Origin: Epithemia pelagica
Taxonomy: Eukaryota > Protista > Bacillariophyta
NCBI GenBank assembly: GCA_946965045.2
Contig: OX337228.1
Location: 1,736,001-1,800,000, forward strand
Reading direction: 5' to 3'
DNA length: 64,000 nt
Numbering within the stretch: position 1 is the first letter of the stretch; each line of letters begins with the position of its first letter. A program made the translations under genes and the position numbers. Under the pieces are notes generated by a model. That model was not told the DNA's origin, did no database searches, and saw nothing but the letters and a program-made list of their open reading frames with translations. Shown one piece after another: positions 40,583 through 51,349 of this stretch.

Positions 40583-42745
40583 CTAATGATGGAACAATCG
40601 CACCTCGGTAAATGCCATTGCCATTCCATACTCGTTACAAGCTTCCGTCACCTCGGTATCTTGGACACTGCCACCGGGCTGTGCCACAAACGAGACACCC
40701 AGCTTGGAGGCATGATCGATGGAATCGCGGAAAGGGAAAAAGGCATCGCTGCTAATGGCCACCCCCGTGGCTTTTTGAAGAAAGTCATCCTTTTCTTGCG
40801 CTGTCAGCGGCTCCGGGACGGATTCAAATTGTTGTTCCCAGCGAGCCTTTTCTTCCACTGTAAAATCCCCTTCAATGTATCGGACGCGGGCATTGACCCG
40901 ATCCTGTCGCTTGACACCCTCTTTGAACGGCAGGGCCAAGACCTTGGGATGTTGTCGCAAGTACCAGGTGGCCACCTTGCGACCCGCCAATTTGACACAA
41001 TCCACTCGACTTTGTTGGCCGGCCCCGACACCCACCATCATACCATCCTTGGCAAATCCCACAGAATTACTCTGCGTGTACTTGAGACAGATGGAGGCGA
41101 GAATCAAATCGCGAACGGCCGCTTCGCTCAAATCCTTTTTGGCCGTCACAACCTTGCTCATGTGTTCCTTACCAATCACAATGGTATTTCGCTTTTGCGA
41201 AAAGGCCATACCATAGACTTCACGGTATTCAAATTCTCCCGCATCGTAGTCCGGAGTGGCTTGCAAAATGATAAACTTGCCCGACTTTTTGCTCTTCAAA
41301 ATTTCCAAGGCTTCAGGTGTATACGACGGTGCCACAATGCCATCGCTCACTTCCTTTTTGAGAATTTTGGCCGTGGCTTCGTCGACTTGATCCGAGACGG
41401 CACAAAAATCTCCAAAACTACACATGGGGTCCGCATTCCGTGCGCGGAGATAGGCCAAGGCCACGGGCGTCAAAGCGGCGGCACTGTCGGCCTGAATTTC
41501 ATAGGCCTGACATTCCACGTCCGTCAAGGGCACTGCCACGGCGGCACCCGCCGGACTGACATGTTTGAAACTGGCCGCGGCGGCCAACCCCGTGGCTTGC
41601 TTCAATTCCACCACCAATTGCCAGGCATTGGCGGCATCGAGTAAATTAATGTATCCCGGCGTCCCATTCTGCACGTTAAAGGGCAATTTGGAATTGAGAC
41701 GCGACAAAATTTGGGCTGGCTTTTGATGAGGATTGCATCCATACTTGAGGGGAAATTCGGGTTGATAAACACGTGCGACCACCGGTTTGAGTTCCTCTTC
41801 TTGCTCGAGTGGCTGTTGACTAAACCATGTTGCAATAGAGGAATCGTAAGCCGCCGACAAGGCAAAGGCCTTGGCAGCCAACTGTTTGCGCAAGGCCAAG
41901 GTCGTTCCTCCATTGTTTTCTTCCATAACCTTTTGGACGAGCTTGTATTGATCAGGTGAGGTGACAATGGTAGTAAACGCATGATTCTTGGCGGTGGATC
42001 GCAACATGCTGGGTCCTCCAATATCAATATTTTCAATGCATTGCTCAAAGGAGGCACCCGAAGCTACCGTTTGTTGAAAGGGGTACAAGTTCAAAATCGT
42101 CATGTCAATCTTTTCAATCCCTTGATCTTTCATTTCTTGTTCATGCTGCGCATTCCCTCGAACGCCCAACAGGCCACCGTGCACTAAGTCAAAGAAAACG
42201 CAAGCAGGTGAGTTGGTGAGAATGAGCTTCCATCTACGGTTTCGTGCGTCATCTCGTCGAAGCTTGTGGTGAACATCTCTCTCTCTCTCACTACAAGTAT
42301 TCGTACCTTTGGGATGCAAGGTTTTGACACGGCCATCCAAACATTCGACCGCTCCGGTATACTCGCTGACATCCATGACAGGGATTCCTGCTTCTCGAAT
42401 CTTTTTGGCCGTCCCACCCGTGGACAAGATTTGTACCTCTTGACTGGCCAAAAAGGTGGCAAATTCGACAATGCCCGTCTTGTCCGAAACCGAAATCAAG
42501 GCTCGAGTAATGGGTACCACATTGGTGGCGTGTCCTGGAATTGGAGAGAGAAAGAGAGAGTTTGAAAAGAGATGAAAGACAATCAGAGAAATTGGTCAGA
42601 GTGTCATGAAAAGGCATATGACAGGAACGAATCCTGATTCCTCATAATCCGCGACAAGCGACAAGATACACCCTCGTCAAAGTGTCAGAAGACACAACGA
42701 TCAACGAAGAAACATACCAGAGACTGCAGTCAAAATGTGTGCCAT
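40583..42745 (-). CDS. ATIC: Bifunctional AICAR transformylase/IMP cyclohydrolase (3 exons)
   Basis: RALISVSDKTG, GRVKTLHPK|VHGG, NIDIGG, LKYGCNPHQ, SFKHVSPAG, GQQSRVDC, SSDAFFPF and RLFHH. Exon 1 is 42745-42718 (MAHILTAVS). Introns are 42717-42535 and 42306-42184. Confidence 0.96.
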
Positions 42746-43407
42746 GATGATGATTAGAAGAAGAATCCAGGACACAATGGTAAAAGAAGCAAATACAAAG
42801 AAGAAGATCTACGGAAAAGCTGGATGCTAGAGCGTCGTCCTGATGTGGTCCACTTGATCAGTGGATGTGGATGGTGGAGATGGATGAGTGATGGATGATG
42901 GATCTTTCTCGATTTCAGTCGCCGAAAAAAGAGAACGGATGGCCGTATCGACGGACGGACGGGTTGCCTAAATAAAAAAATTGTCACGACGCTTCCATCT
43001 TCCATCCTCTCTCTATCCAATCCATGAGTATTGCCCCCGCGTGATACTCCACCGTGACGGCGCGAAATCGAACGAGGCATCCACCGAATTCTAAGCACAG
43101 AACACCTTGAACCGCGCCTGGCGACCTTATCCATCCGTTCACTCTTATTTTGTCGCCCATTCCCCGGACAAAGTTCCCCACGACGTGGACGTGGTGGTTC
43201 TTGCCTTTCTTCATGTGGTATTGACGTTTCCAGTTTCGAACGCTCTAAATCTTGTGTATTCTGGTTCTGCGATTGGTTGTGGGAAGCTCTTCTTTGTGGG
43301 GATACTGCAGGATGATTGGAGGTTGGTGGTGGAGGATTACGGCAAAGAAAAACGCATTCTAGCAGTGGACTTCCGCACTTTTGAAACAACGAAGAAGGAG
43401 AATAGCC

Positions 43408-45060
43408 ATGATGCAAAATGAAGCCTGCGGATTGTTGCTGTTGGGCTTTAGTCTTTGGTGTTTGGGAACTTGGCCAGCCTTGTTGCGGGTTTGTTCCTAC
43501 GATGAAAAACGGGGTGTTCCCTGTTTGGCACACAAACAGGATGACGTTGCCTCGGTATCCTCCTCTGCTTCGTCTTCAACGGGTTCCTTTTTTCGAGCAC
43601 GGCACATGTCATCCCTCTTGCAACAGACACGAGGACTACGCAATATTTGTCACGTCTACATGGATTTCGCCACAGCCTATTTCCTCTTGTCATCCCTGCC
43701 ACTCTTGTTGACCATGATTTTAGGGAACCGAACTTCCAACCAAGACGAGGCTGCTGCTGCTGGTGGCAGCAGTAGCAATCATGTGGGTGGTAGGCTTTGG
43801 TTCGGACTGAACAACGACAATGACATGTCGTTGGGTTTGATGGTGGTAGCCATGGTGGGTGGTTCCTTACTTAGTGTGGGCAATTTATCCTTGCAATGGG
43901 CCACTTCCATGTATGGGACTTCTCTGGCTGTGACCCTGGCCATTCAAGCATCCTTGACAGTCGTCTTGGGGACGTTTATCAATTATGCCCTGGAACCCTC
44001 CAAAACCAATCGTCCCCTGTGGTTGGTGGCAGGTGTACTAGCCTTTTTGCTGGCCATTGTCTTGGCGGCCTTGGCACAATTTTGGCAAGCCTCGTATTTG
44101 CAACGAGAACAACACTTGTCGCCGTCGTCATCGTTGCCACCAACAACCACACATACGGCTACGAAACTGGAATTGTTGCCTCCTCCAAAACGATCCAAAC
44201 CTACAAGTAGTAGGAATGATGCATCCCATGGAATTCAACCCTCCAGCAGCAACGATTCCACAGTATCGTCCTCGGAAGATGAATGGTCTCTTCATCAGTA
44301 CCATGCCGCCCTTTGTGGTGGTGATGAAACTCAGGGGGAGGAACTTTGCTGCAACCACCAAACGCAGGGTGGTACTCCAAGTACCACGACCACCACAATA
44401 TTGGAACCCACGCTCTCCCAGAACTTGTCGGTGCTCTCGGCAAAAGAGGAGGAACGTCAGGAACAACAATGGCGTCAAACGAAAAAGGGCATGGGAGTTG
44501 CCATTGTTGGTGGATTGGCCTTTGGATTTTATTCGCCCGCTTTTAATATTGCCATTAATGATCCCTTTCACTGGATGGACCACGAGGACGACATGGATGG
44601 AGCCTTGTCCGTGGCACGAACCAACATTTGGTTTAGTTTGGCCTTTTGGATTACCTCCATGGTGGGAAATGTGCTCTTGTTGCATCGCGATTATCATTCC
44701 TCTTCCGCTCTACTACCCACACATTTGCGCTGCGATATGGATTCTTCTTCTTCGTCGTTTGCCTTTATTCTATGGAGATATTTGACCACCGAATCCTTGG
44801 CCGATCGACAATTGGCAATCATGGCTGGCTTTGTCTGCGCGGTGGGAAATGTGTTGCAATTTCAAGCCGGAACCATGGTGGGTTATGCTGCCGCCGATTT
44901 GGTTCAAGCCTATCCTTTGGTATCTACCTTGTGGGATGTCTTTTTGTTTCAAGAATTCAATCATGTGGATTTGTGTTCCAAATTGGGTGCTCTCTTATTG
45001 GCCATGTACGTGGCCTACCTTGTGGGGATTGCCCTCTTGGCTGGGAGCAGTGTCTTGTGA
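43408..45060 (+). CDS. Ureide permease (UPS family, DMT superfamily)
   Basis: About 10 TM helices with CLGTWPALL, GNLSLQWA, VVLGTFINY, FSPAFN-like YSPAFNIAINDPFHW, and GNVLQFQAGTMVGYAAADLVQAYPLVSTLW. First ATG at 43408. Confidence 0.88.
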   Translation: MMQNEACGLLLLGFSLWCLGTWPALLRVCSYDEKRGVPCLAHKQDDVASVSSSASSSTGSFFRARHMSSLLQQTRGLRNICHVYMDFATAYFLLSSLPLLLTMILGNRTSNQDEAAAAGGSSSNHVGGRLWFGLNNDNDMSLGLMVVAMVGGSLLSVGNLSLQWATSMYGTSLAVTLAIQASLTVVLGTFINYALEPSKTNRPLWLVAGVLAFLLAIVLAALAQFWQASYLQREQHLSPSSSLPPTTTHTATKLELLPPPKRSKPTSSRNDASHGIQPSSSNDSTVSSSEDEWSLHQYHAALCGGDETQGEELCCNHQTQGGTPSTTTTTILEPTLSQNLSVLSAKEEERQEQQWRQTKKGMGVAIVGGLAFGFYSPAFNIAINDPFHWMDHEDDMDGALSVARTNIWFSLAFWITSMVGNVLLLHRDYHSSSALLPTHLRCDMDSSSSSFAFILWRYLTTESLADRQLAIMAGFVCAVGNVLQFQAGTMVGYAAADLVQAYPLVSTLWDVFLFQEFNHVDLCSKLGALLLAMYVAYLVGIALLAGSSVL

Positions 45061-45439
45061 CGACGACAACGACGACAAGGACACGTGTGTCCCACACACT
45101 GTCCCCCGCTGTTACGGGCATTCGTATCGCTGGGACGATTCCACAATCCTACAGTGTCTCGAGAGACACTACAGGTGTATTCCGTAAATGGGTGGATGCT
45201 GTCCCTGTCAGCAGCGTTTCTCCAAACCACACAAGGAAGGCCAGGCGTCTTTTTGTTTTTGAGACTGATTGTGGGTTGAAAAGACTAGCTTGACAATTCA
45301 AAGTGCACGCGACTCTTATCATTTGTGGAGCATCATCCAGGAAGAAACAAAGTCGGGACTCTTTCTTGGCACGTAACTCCGAGTATAAGTATCGAGTTTA
45401 ATGCTGTGACAATGAGTATGATGGAAACTCTCTTCTCTT

Positions 45440-46582
45440 TTATGTCGTTGGAGAGGAACCTATTAATGTAACCTTGTCAGTATCGATAATGGCTGCTTGG
45501 CCCACCCGATATCCTTCTTCATCGTAAACGTTCCACAAGATAATGTCCTGAATCCTGTACAAGTCTCCATATTTGGATTGTCGCACCGTCTGATGAATCC
45601 AAACCACACCATCCCCCATTGTCGTTGTCGTTGTTGTGGTGGTGGTATTGTAGGTGGAAGAGGGAGTGTGATTGGTGACTGGTTTCTCGTCGTCCTTGGT
45701 TGTATCCTTGTTGTTGGTTGTTGGATCCGAGTCGTCAGTATCCACCGCACGGGCGGCAACCGTGTCAATCATGGTTTGTCGTAGGGACCGTAAATCGGGA
45801 GGGGCCGAATAGCGACTAGGCAATTGATAAATTTCGTCCAGACTGTATTGAAACAAGTCCAGAGCGGCTTGATTGAAGAAACAATAAATGGGATCGTCTT
45901 GGGACCCATGCGACAAAAAGGCAAAGCGAGTTTGGTTTTGAATAAAGTCGGTGGCCCACAACCATTGTTGTTGTTGTTCTTTTTCTTCGTTTGGCGCTAG
46001 CAAAGAGCTTGGAGTTGTGACGGCTGGCATGGTAGCCATCCGTTGGGTGCTGCTGTCGTCGTCGTCGCAGTACTGCCATACCGAGGATCCCGTGGCCTGT
46101 TCCAACGATCGAGCGGCCAACCATAACCAGTGGGTCACATTTTGGACACGACCCGTCTCGGTGAGCGGAACCAATCGTCGTCGTCGAGGCGGTGAAGTGT
46201 GTGTCGTTGTTGTTGTTTCATTTGAGCCGTCACTGGATTCCAGGGTGGTGGTGGAGGCCTGCACGGTCATATGGGAGGTGGTCCTGGAACGAAACGGACC
46301 ATGCGGACGTTTGGCCCTTCTCATCGTCGACGTTGGATCAGCAGGAAACGACCAGGAGCATCTCGGCTTGCGGGGAGGACGGCATCGACCACGACGTGGT
46401 GGAACGAGAAAGGAACTGGGTGGTGGTGGTGGCTTAAGTCCTAGTAGTGAGGATGAAACTCGATCTCCCCTCCTTGTCGTCATTATTCCAATCCATTGTT
46501 GTCCATTACAAGAACGACTTTCACCAGCAATCGAAAGCACAACAAGGAGTGCAAACCAAAGCATCCACGACGGCAACAGCAT
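45440..46582 (-). CDS. Stand-alone MEKHLA (PAS-like) domain protein with signal/transit peptide
   Basis: FAFLSHGSQDDPIYCFFNQAALDLF, LPSRYSAP, VRQSKYGDLYRIQDIILWNVYDEEGYRVGQAA. The N-terminus is a hydrophobic signal peptide followed by an Arg/Ser/Pro-rich region. Confidence 0.85.
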   Translation of the reverse strand: MLLPSWMLWFALLVVLSIAGESRSCNGQQWIGIMTTRRGDRVSSSLLGLKPPPPPSSFLVPPRRGRCRPPRKPRCSWSFPADPTSTMRRAKRPHGPFRSRTTSHMTVQASTTTLESSDGSNETTTTTHTSPPRRRRLVPLTETGRVQNVTHWLWLAARSLEQATGSSVWQYCDDDDSSTQRMATMPAVTTPSSLLAPNEEKEQQQQWLWATDFIQNQTRFAFLSHGSQDDPIYCFFNQAALDLFQYSLDEIYQLPSRYSAPPDLRSLRQTMIDTVAARAVDTDDSDPTTNNKDTTKDDEKPVTNHTPSSTYNTTTTTTTTTMGDGVVWIHQTVRQSKYGDLYRIQDIILWNVYDEEGYRVGQAAIIDTDKVTLIGSSPTT

Positions 46583-47056
46583 ATCTTTTACTCTGCTCTT
46601 TTGTACTACTTTGTTGTTTGGATTTCTGTGGATGATGGACCGCACATTATTTCCGTGCCACTGAAAGTGGTCCCCACCGGACGAAATCCAGACGGCAACG
46701 TGGTGGGTGGTGTGGGTGTGGGGGGTGTTCTCTATTGTACATGTTTTCTCTACGAGATCTACGATCGCTTTTGCGATCGAAGAAGTATTGCAGCGAGTGG
46801 GGTTTGGCTTTGGCGGGGCCAAAAGCGATCCTCTTGCGGTAAGAACTAAATCATCCTACATCCCACCACCACCACCAACGATCCAAACCTTTGGCATCGA
46901 AGTACCGTCCCCACCAAAGAGACCCTTTCGTGTGTTGGTGGGGCAACCAACAAAGAACCAAAACATTGTCAGATCATTTCTCGAATCTTGTGTGGGTGTT
47001 GTCTCACAATCTCGAATTTGTAAAAAACAGAAAACCGTGATTTTCGGAACGAGATC

Positions 47057-48874
47057 ATGTCCGGAACAACGCAAGAACACTTGCCGGAAGATCCTCCTCC
47101 TCCTCCGCCACAAGAACCAAACACTACTCTCCAGGAGGGACATGTTGCTGGATCTTCCACCAATGCCCTTGTCGTCGATGCCAGGGAAGAACCGTCGCAA
47201 CAAGAACAAGAACAAGTACCAGCCGAGCCCGATGGTGCCTCTGCAAAGACCCTGAAACGAAAATTGGACCAATTGTCCACTACTACGACTACGGAACAAC
47301 AGGATCTTGTCACCACCACACAAGGTATCACTGGCCCAACAACCACCGCCTTAAGTCCGTTGACGACCGCGCCCTCTGTCATTCCGACGACGGTCCCTCT
47401 GGCCACATCGACCACTGCTACCACAACGACCGCAGCTCCCTCTACGACGACGACTACTACTCCGAACGTCCCCTTGACGTTGCCGAATGAACCATTGGCT
47501 GTCACCAACAACAACGCCGCTGTCCGAGGTTCCTTGTCCTCTCGTTGGTATCCCTCTTCCATTTTGATTGAAGCCCGAACCTTTGATGGAACGGCCGTGA
47601 ATGCCGACTTGATGAATGTCATTGGTCGTGGTGTCAAGGCCAACAAGTGTACCTTGACGGAACGCTTTTATTTGCCACCCCAGTACAATCAAAATACGGC
47701 CGAATATCGGGCCAAAACCATTGCCCCCATTTTTGCCAGTGCCTGTGCCTGCGCCGGCTGTGAAGTTCGACTCAAGGGATGGGAAAAGTCCAAGGGCTTT
47801 CTCAAATTTGTCTGTCCCCAATATCGACGATACAAATCCACGGCCAAACAAGCACCCACCGCCTCGAGTTCTTCCACGACAGCAGCAACAACAACAGCAG
47901 TAGTAGGAGGGCCCGTGCAGCCACACTCCGACACTCCATCCACCTCGGTGGAGGATCCAAACAACAACAACAACAATCTCCATCTTTCTCTTCGCAGCAG
48001 TACGAGTAGTATTGGCAGCCTTCCGAGCGCCGCCACTCCCACTGCCGGAGGAGGTAAACGTACTCGCAACAATAGCGGCAGCAACAGCAACAACAACAAT
48101 AATAATCGATTTATTTCTCGTCCCATGGATAAGGAATCGACCTGTCCCTTTTCCTTTTTGGTCTTTTGGGAAGAACATCCCAATCAAGAAGAGGTGGCCG
48201 TGGAAGCTCGCAAGGGTCGATGGTTTGTCTGTGCCACCGGTGCCGGGACACCCTACCACGAAGGTCATGCGCGCAAGGAGTTTTCTCAAGGGGAATTGCG
48301 TCGAAAACAATTGCAAGTGGAAGGTTCGTACGATATATTAATGCCCTACTACAAACGCATTGTTGAATTGGTGGAACGAGATGAAGAAAAGCTCAATCAA
48401 GCCATTGGGCGCTTCCAACAATTGATTGATGGATTGAAACGACATGCCAGCTTTTTGGTTCATCCACCACCACCCAGTCCACCCATGAACAGTAGTAATA
48501 ACAACATCTTGTCGACGACGTCCACCATGGGTCCTCCCTTGACGGAACCACCACCACCACCTGCTCCCTTGCTGTTGGAAGAGGCATCGTCGTCCAACAA
48601 GCCACCACATGCACAACAACCACCACTTTTACTGGTCGAAGGATCGTCCGTAGTCCCCGAAGAGACCATGGTGGGCGTGGAAGAAGCAGCAGCATCTTCG
48701 GCACTCGCCGCCGCCGCCGTATCGGCCACGACCAGCACGGAGGAGGCCACCGCCACCACCACGGCTGCCGCAGTAGTCGCCGCCGCAGGGTCTTCGGCGG
48801 CTGTGGCGGCCACCAACACCTTGTTGGATCCATCGTCCGTCATGCACATGACGGAAGAAGTAATCAATTTGTAG
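47057..48874 (+). CDS. Hypothetical protein with putative C2H2 WRKY/FAR1-like (MULE-derived) zinc ribbon and coiled coil
   Basis: KFVCPQYRRY...TCPFSFLVFWE...RWFVC...YHEGH pattern, then a short helical region. The flanks are T/P/A low complexity. Confidence 0.55.
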   Translation: MSGTTQEHLPEDPPPPPPQEPNTTLQEGHVAGSSTNALVVDAREEPSQQEQEQVPAEPDGASAKTLKRKLDQLSTTTTTEQQDLVTTTQGITGPTTTALSPLTTAPSVIPTTVPLATSTTATTTTAAPSTTTTTTPNVPLTLPNEPLAVTNNNAAVRGSLSSRWYPSSILIEARTFDGTAVNADLMNVIGRGVKANKCTLTERFYLPPQYNQNTAEYRAKTIAPIFASACACAGCEVRLKGWEKSKGFLKFVCPQYRRYKSTAKQAPTASSSSTTAATTTAVVGGPVQPHSDTPSTSVEDPNNNNNNLHLSLRSSTSSIGSLPSAATPTAGGGKRTRNNSGSNSNNNNNNRFISRPMDKESTCPFSFLVFWEEHPNQEEVAVEARKGRWFVCATGAGTPYHEGHARKEFSQGELRRKQLQVEGSYDILMPYYKRIVELVERDEEKLNQAIGRFQQLIDGLKRHASFLVHPPPPSPPMNSSNNNILSTTSTMGPPLTEPPPPPAPLLLEEASSSNKPPHAQQPPLLLVEGSSVVPEETMVGVEEAAASSALAAAAVSATTSTEEATATTTAAAVVAAAGSSAAVAATNTLLDPSSVMHMTEEVINL

Positions 48875-49561
48875 TACACATCATATCTACTGTAGAAAGT
48901 CAGCGTGTTGTTGTTCCTACGAACTACTGCTACTATCATGTCGCTATGACATCGAAAGATGTGGCTTTCCAGATACAGTGTCTGTGAATCTTTTTCTAGG
49001 AGTACCAACTAACCAACAAAGAGTGACGACGACGACAACAACCAAGTCTCTTGGTGTTGAGTGTGCGTATTGCAAAATCCTGGAGAAGTTGTGGGGGTTT
49101 CCGTTGGTCGCCAATAATCCAATTCCAGAGCATGAGAACCCACGGATCTACTACCAATGCTGAATTCACCACATGTGTCGTCCATTCACAGTTTGCCTCT
49201 CTTGGGACTAGGTGGGCAAAGGAGTTCTCCTTACACATCATGAGGCCTCTCGTGGGATCGTGTGCAGAGCCGTGACGACCATGCCTGCCTTGTGTGCACC
49301 CATCGTTCCGACTCCGCCAACTGCCCGGTGTTGGAGTCTCAATGTACAGATAGCACTGTTGTTGTTGGGTAGTCCCGAAAACGTTGCATAGTATGGTCCA
49401 CGTCTGTTGATCTCTCATGTTTCACGACAAATTCAAGGAGGAAGAATGGAGCCACAGGCCCATGGACACATACATACATGTTACCCTTTACCAAGACAAT
49501 CGAACGTGGCGTGCGTAGTCATCCACAATGTCGTTTTTATGCATCCAATAGTGTTTTGGAT

Positions 49562-50857
49562 TCATCTGCGGCCGGACTGGCCGACATTTAAGAGTTCCTT
49601 GGACCATTCGTAGACCATAAACATGGTACTGACCATGGGAATGACCTTGAGCAATTCCGGCGTCAATCCACGATACAAGGACGACAAGCCTTCCTTGTGC
49701 ACCAAATTGTACAGCAATTGTTGCATCGACAAGGACGAGGCATGCAAATTTTGAATTTGCATTCGTCGTCGAATCGTATCCATGGGAAAGGTCAAGAGTG
49801 TTCCCAGTGAGCCACTCGCGGCCCCACAGAGAACCGTCAAGACGAGGCCCAATTTGGGTTCGCCCGAATCGGCATCAATTTTGCGTAAATTGTAAAACAA
49901 TTCATCGTCCAAGGTATATTCCTTGAGTGTTCCATAGACAGTGTAGGAAATGGCAAAATTGGGTACTGCCACCAAGAGTGTGGGACTCACCCCGGAATAA
50001 AAGCCCCGCAAGCCTTCGGATCGAGCAATTTTGGTAAAGGCATCGACAATACCCTTATAATGTTCGCGGCCTTCCAATTCGGTGGTCAATCGAGTCCGGA
50101 CCAAATCCAAGGGATAGCATGCCAAACAAGCCACGGTACCAGCCAAGCCACCAGCTACCAATTTGTGCCAGGCTCGTGTTTCATGGGCTGCCGACTTGTG
50201 GTGATTGCTGTGCGGCCTTGTCGTCGCCGCATTTTCCTCCTCCTCTTCGTCTTCGGTCATCATGACGATTTTGGACAATCGCCGAACCACCTGTCCTTGG
50301 GTTTCATTTTGTTCTTCCATACGCAAACTGGGAGGTGTCGCCATGCGTTGAACTCGAGTGTTGTTGAGATGTTTGTGCGTCTGTCTCGACTGCCATTCGG
50401 CCAAGACATCCATGGTGTTTTCATAGACAAAAAAGTTAATGGCCGAATAGGGAAATCGATGAAGGACCGAGGTCATGTTACCCTTCCAGAGAGACAGAAT
50501 ACCACCTCGTTCCACCATTTTGGACAAGCCACCTTGTATGGTGACGGCAAACTTAGGGCGATGTTCCTTGGTGGTGACCATGGAATGAACTTGAAACAAA
50601 ATGGTCAAACGACTGAGGGGAGCCGTGACAGTCTTGGCCACGGCACCGGCCAACCCACCGCAAAACAATTGACGAGCTGCTTCGCTGGTCCGAGTCTTGG
50701 CCATATCGGCCACCGCCACGACGGGTGAAACCGTGGGTGGGTCTTGTCGTGGAGGCAACGACGACGACCCTACCATGCTGGTCGCTGTGGAAGAGGACGA
50801 AGATGTCAAGGGCGAAGAGGTGCTGGAACTGCTGGTCGATTGGGTACGAGTGGCCAT
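49562..50857 (-). CDS. Mitochondrial carrier family (SLC25) protein, adenine-nucleotide/CoA-carrier-like
   Basis: Three carrier repeats: TAPLSRLTILFQV, YPLDLVRTRL and FPMDTIRRRMQ, with GGLAG signatures. Confidence 0.92.
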   Translation of the reverse strand: MATRTQSTSSSSTSSPLTSSSSSTATSMVGSSSLPPRQDPPTVSPVVAVADMAKTRTSEAARQLFCGGLAGAVAKTVTAPLSRLTILFQVHSMVTTKEHRPKFAVTIQGGLSKMVERGGILSLWKGNMTSVLHRFPYSAINFFVYENTMDVLAEWQSRQTHKHLNNTRVQRMATPPSLRMEEQNETQGQVVRRLSKIVMMTEDEEEEENAATTRPHSNHHKSAAHETRAWHKLVAGGLAGTVACLACYPLDLVRTRLTTELEGREHYKGIVDAFTKIARSEGLRGFYSGVSPTLLVAVPNFAISYTVYGTLKEYTLDDELFYNLRKIDADSGEPKLGLVLTVLCGAASGSLGTLLTFPMDTIRRRMQIQNLHASSLSMQQLLYNLVHKEGLSSLYRGLTPELLKVIPMVSTMFMVYEWSKELLNVGQSGRR

Positions 50858-51349
50858 GACCTTCTGGTTGTGCCGTGATGGGGTGTCGTTGTTCGTTGTT
50901 GTAACGAGGGTTGGTCTATGTCTTCAATCACCTTTGGGCTCGTGGTTTTTCTTTTGTGTATCGCAATGGTTCTCTTCTTTTTTGTGTTGGTAGGTGTTCG
51001 TGCATGTGGTGGTGTCGTCATGGTCGGTGCCGACGCGGTGCTGCTTCCTGATGAGTACTGTGATAAAGTATGTACGACTATTCATCGATGTGTAGGTGCG
51101 GCACAGAAGGCCGCGACTCACAAGAATCGCGATTGGACAAAGTGTGTGTCGCGTCAGTCCGTTCGGGATTGTGGCGGTCGCGTAAACGGGTCGCCCAAGA
51201 GACGCGTGTCGTCTGCCACATTCCTGATTTTTTTTCTCTCGACCACAACCTCCTATCTCGAGTCATTCTCTCCCTTGGTGTAGAAGAACAAAAGAGTTGC
51301 ATGTTGCGAACGAACTTGCACAAGCTCCATTCGATTCCACTCTTTTAGA

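Noticed and set aside
45153-45170. Inverted repeat agtgtctc-ga-gagacact downstream of the ureide permease
   Set aside because: An 8-bp stem is expected by chance in 64 kb, and there is no U-tract or second copy.
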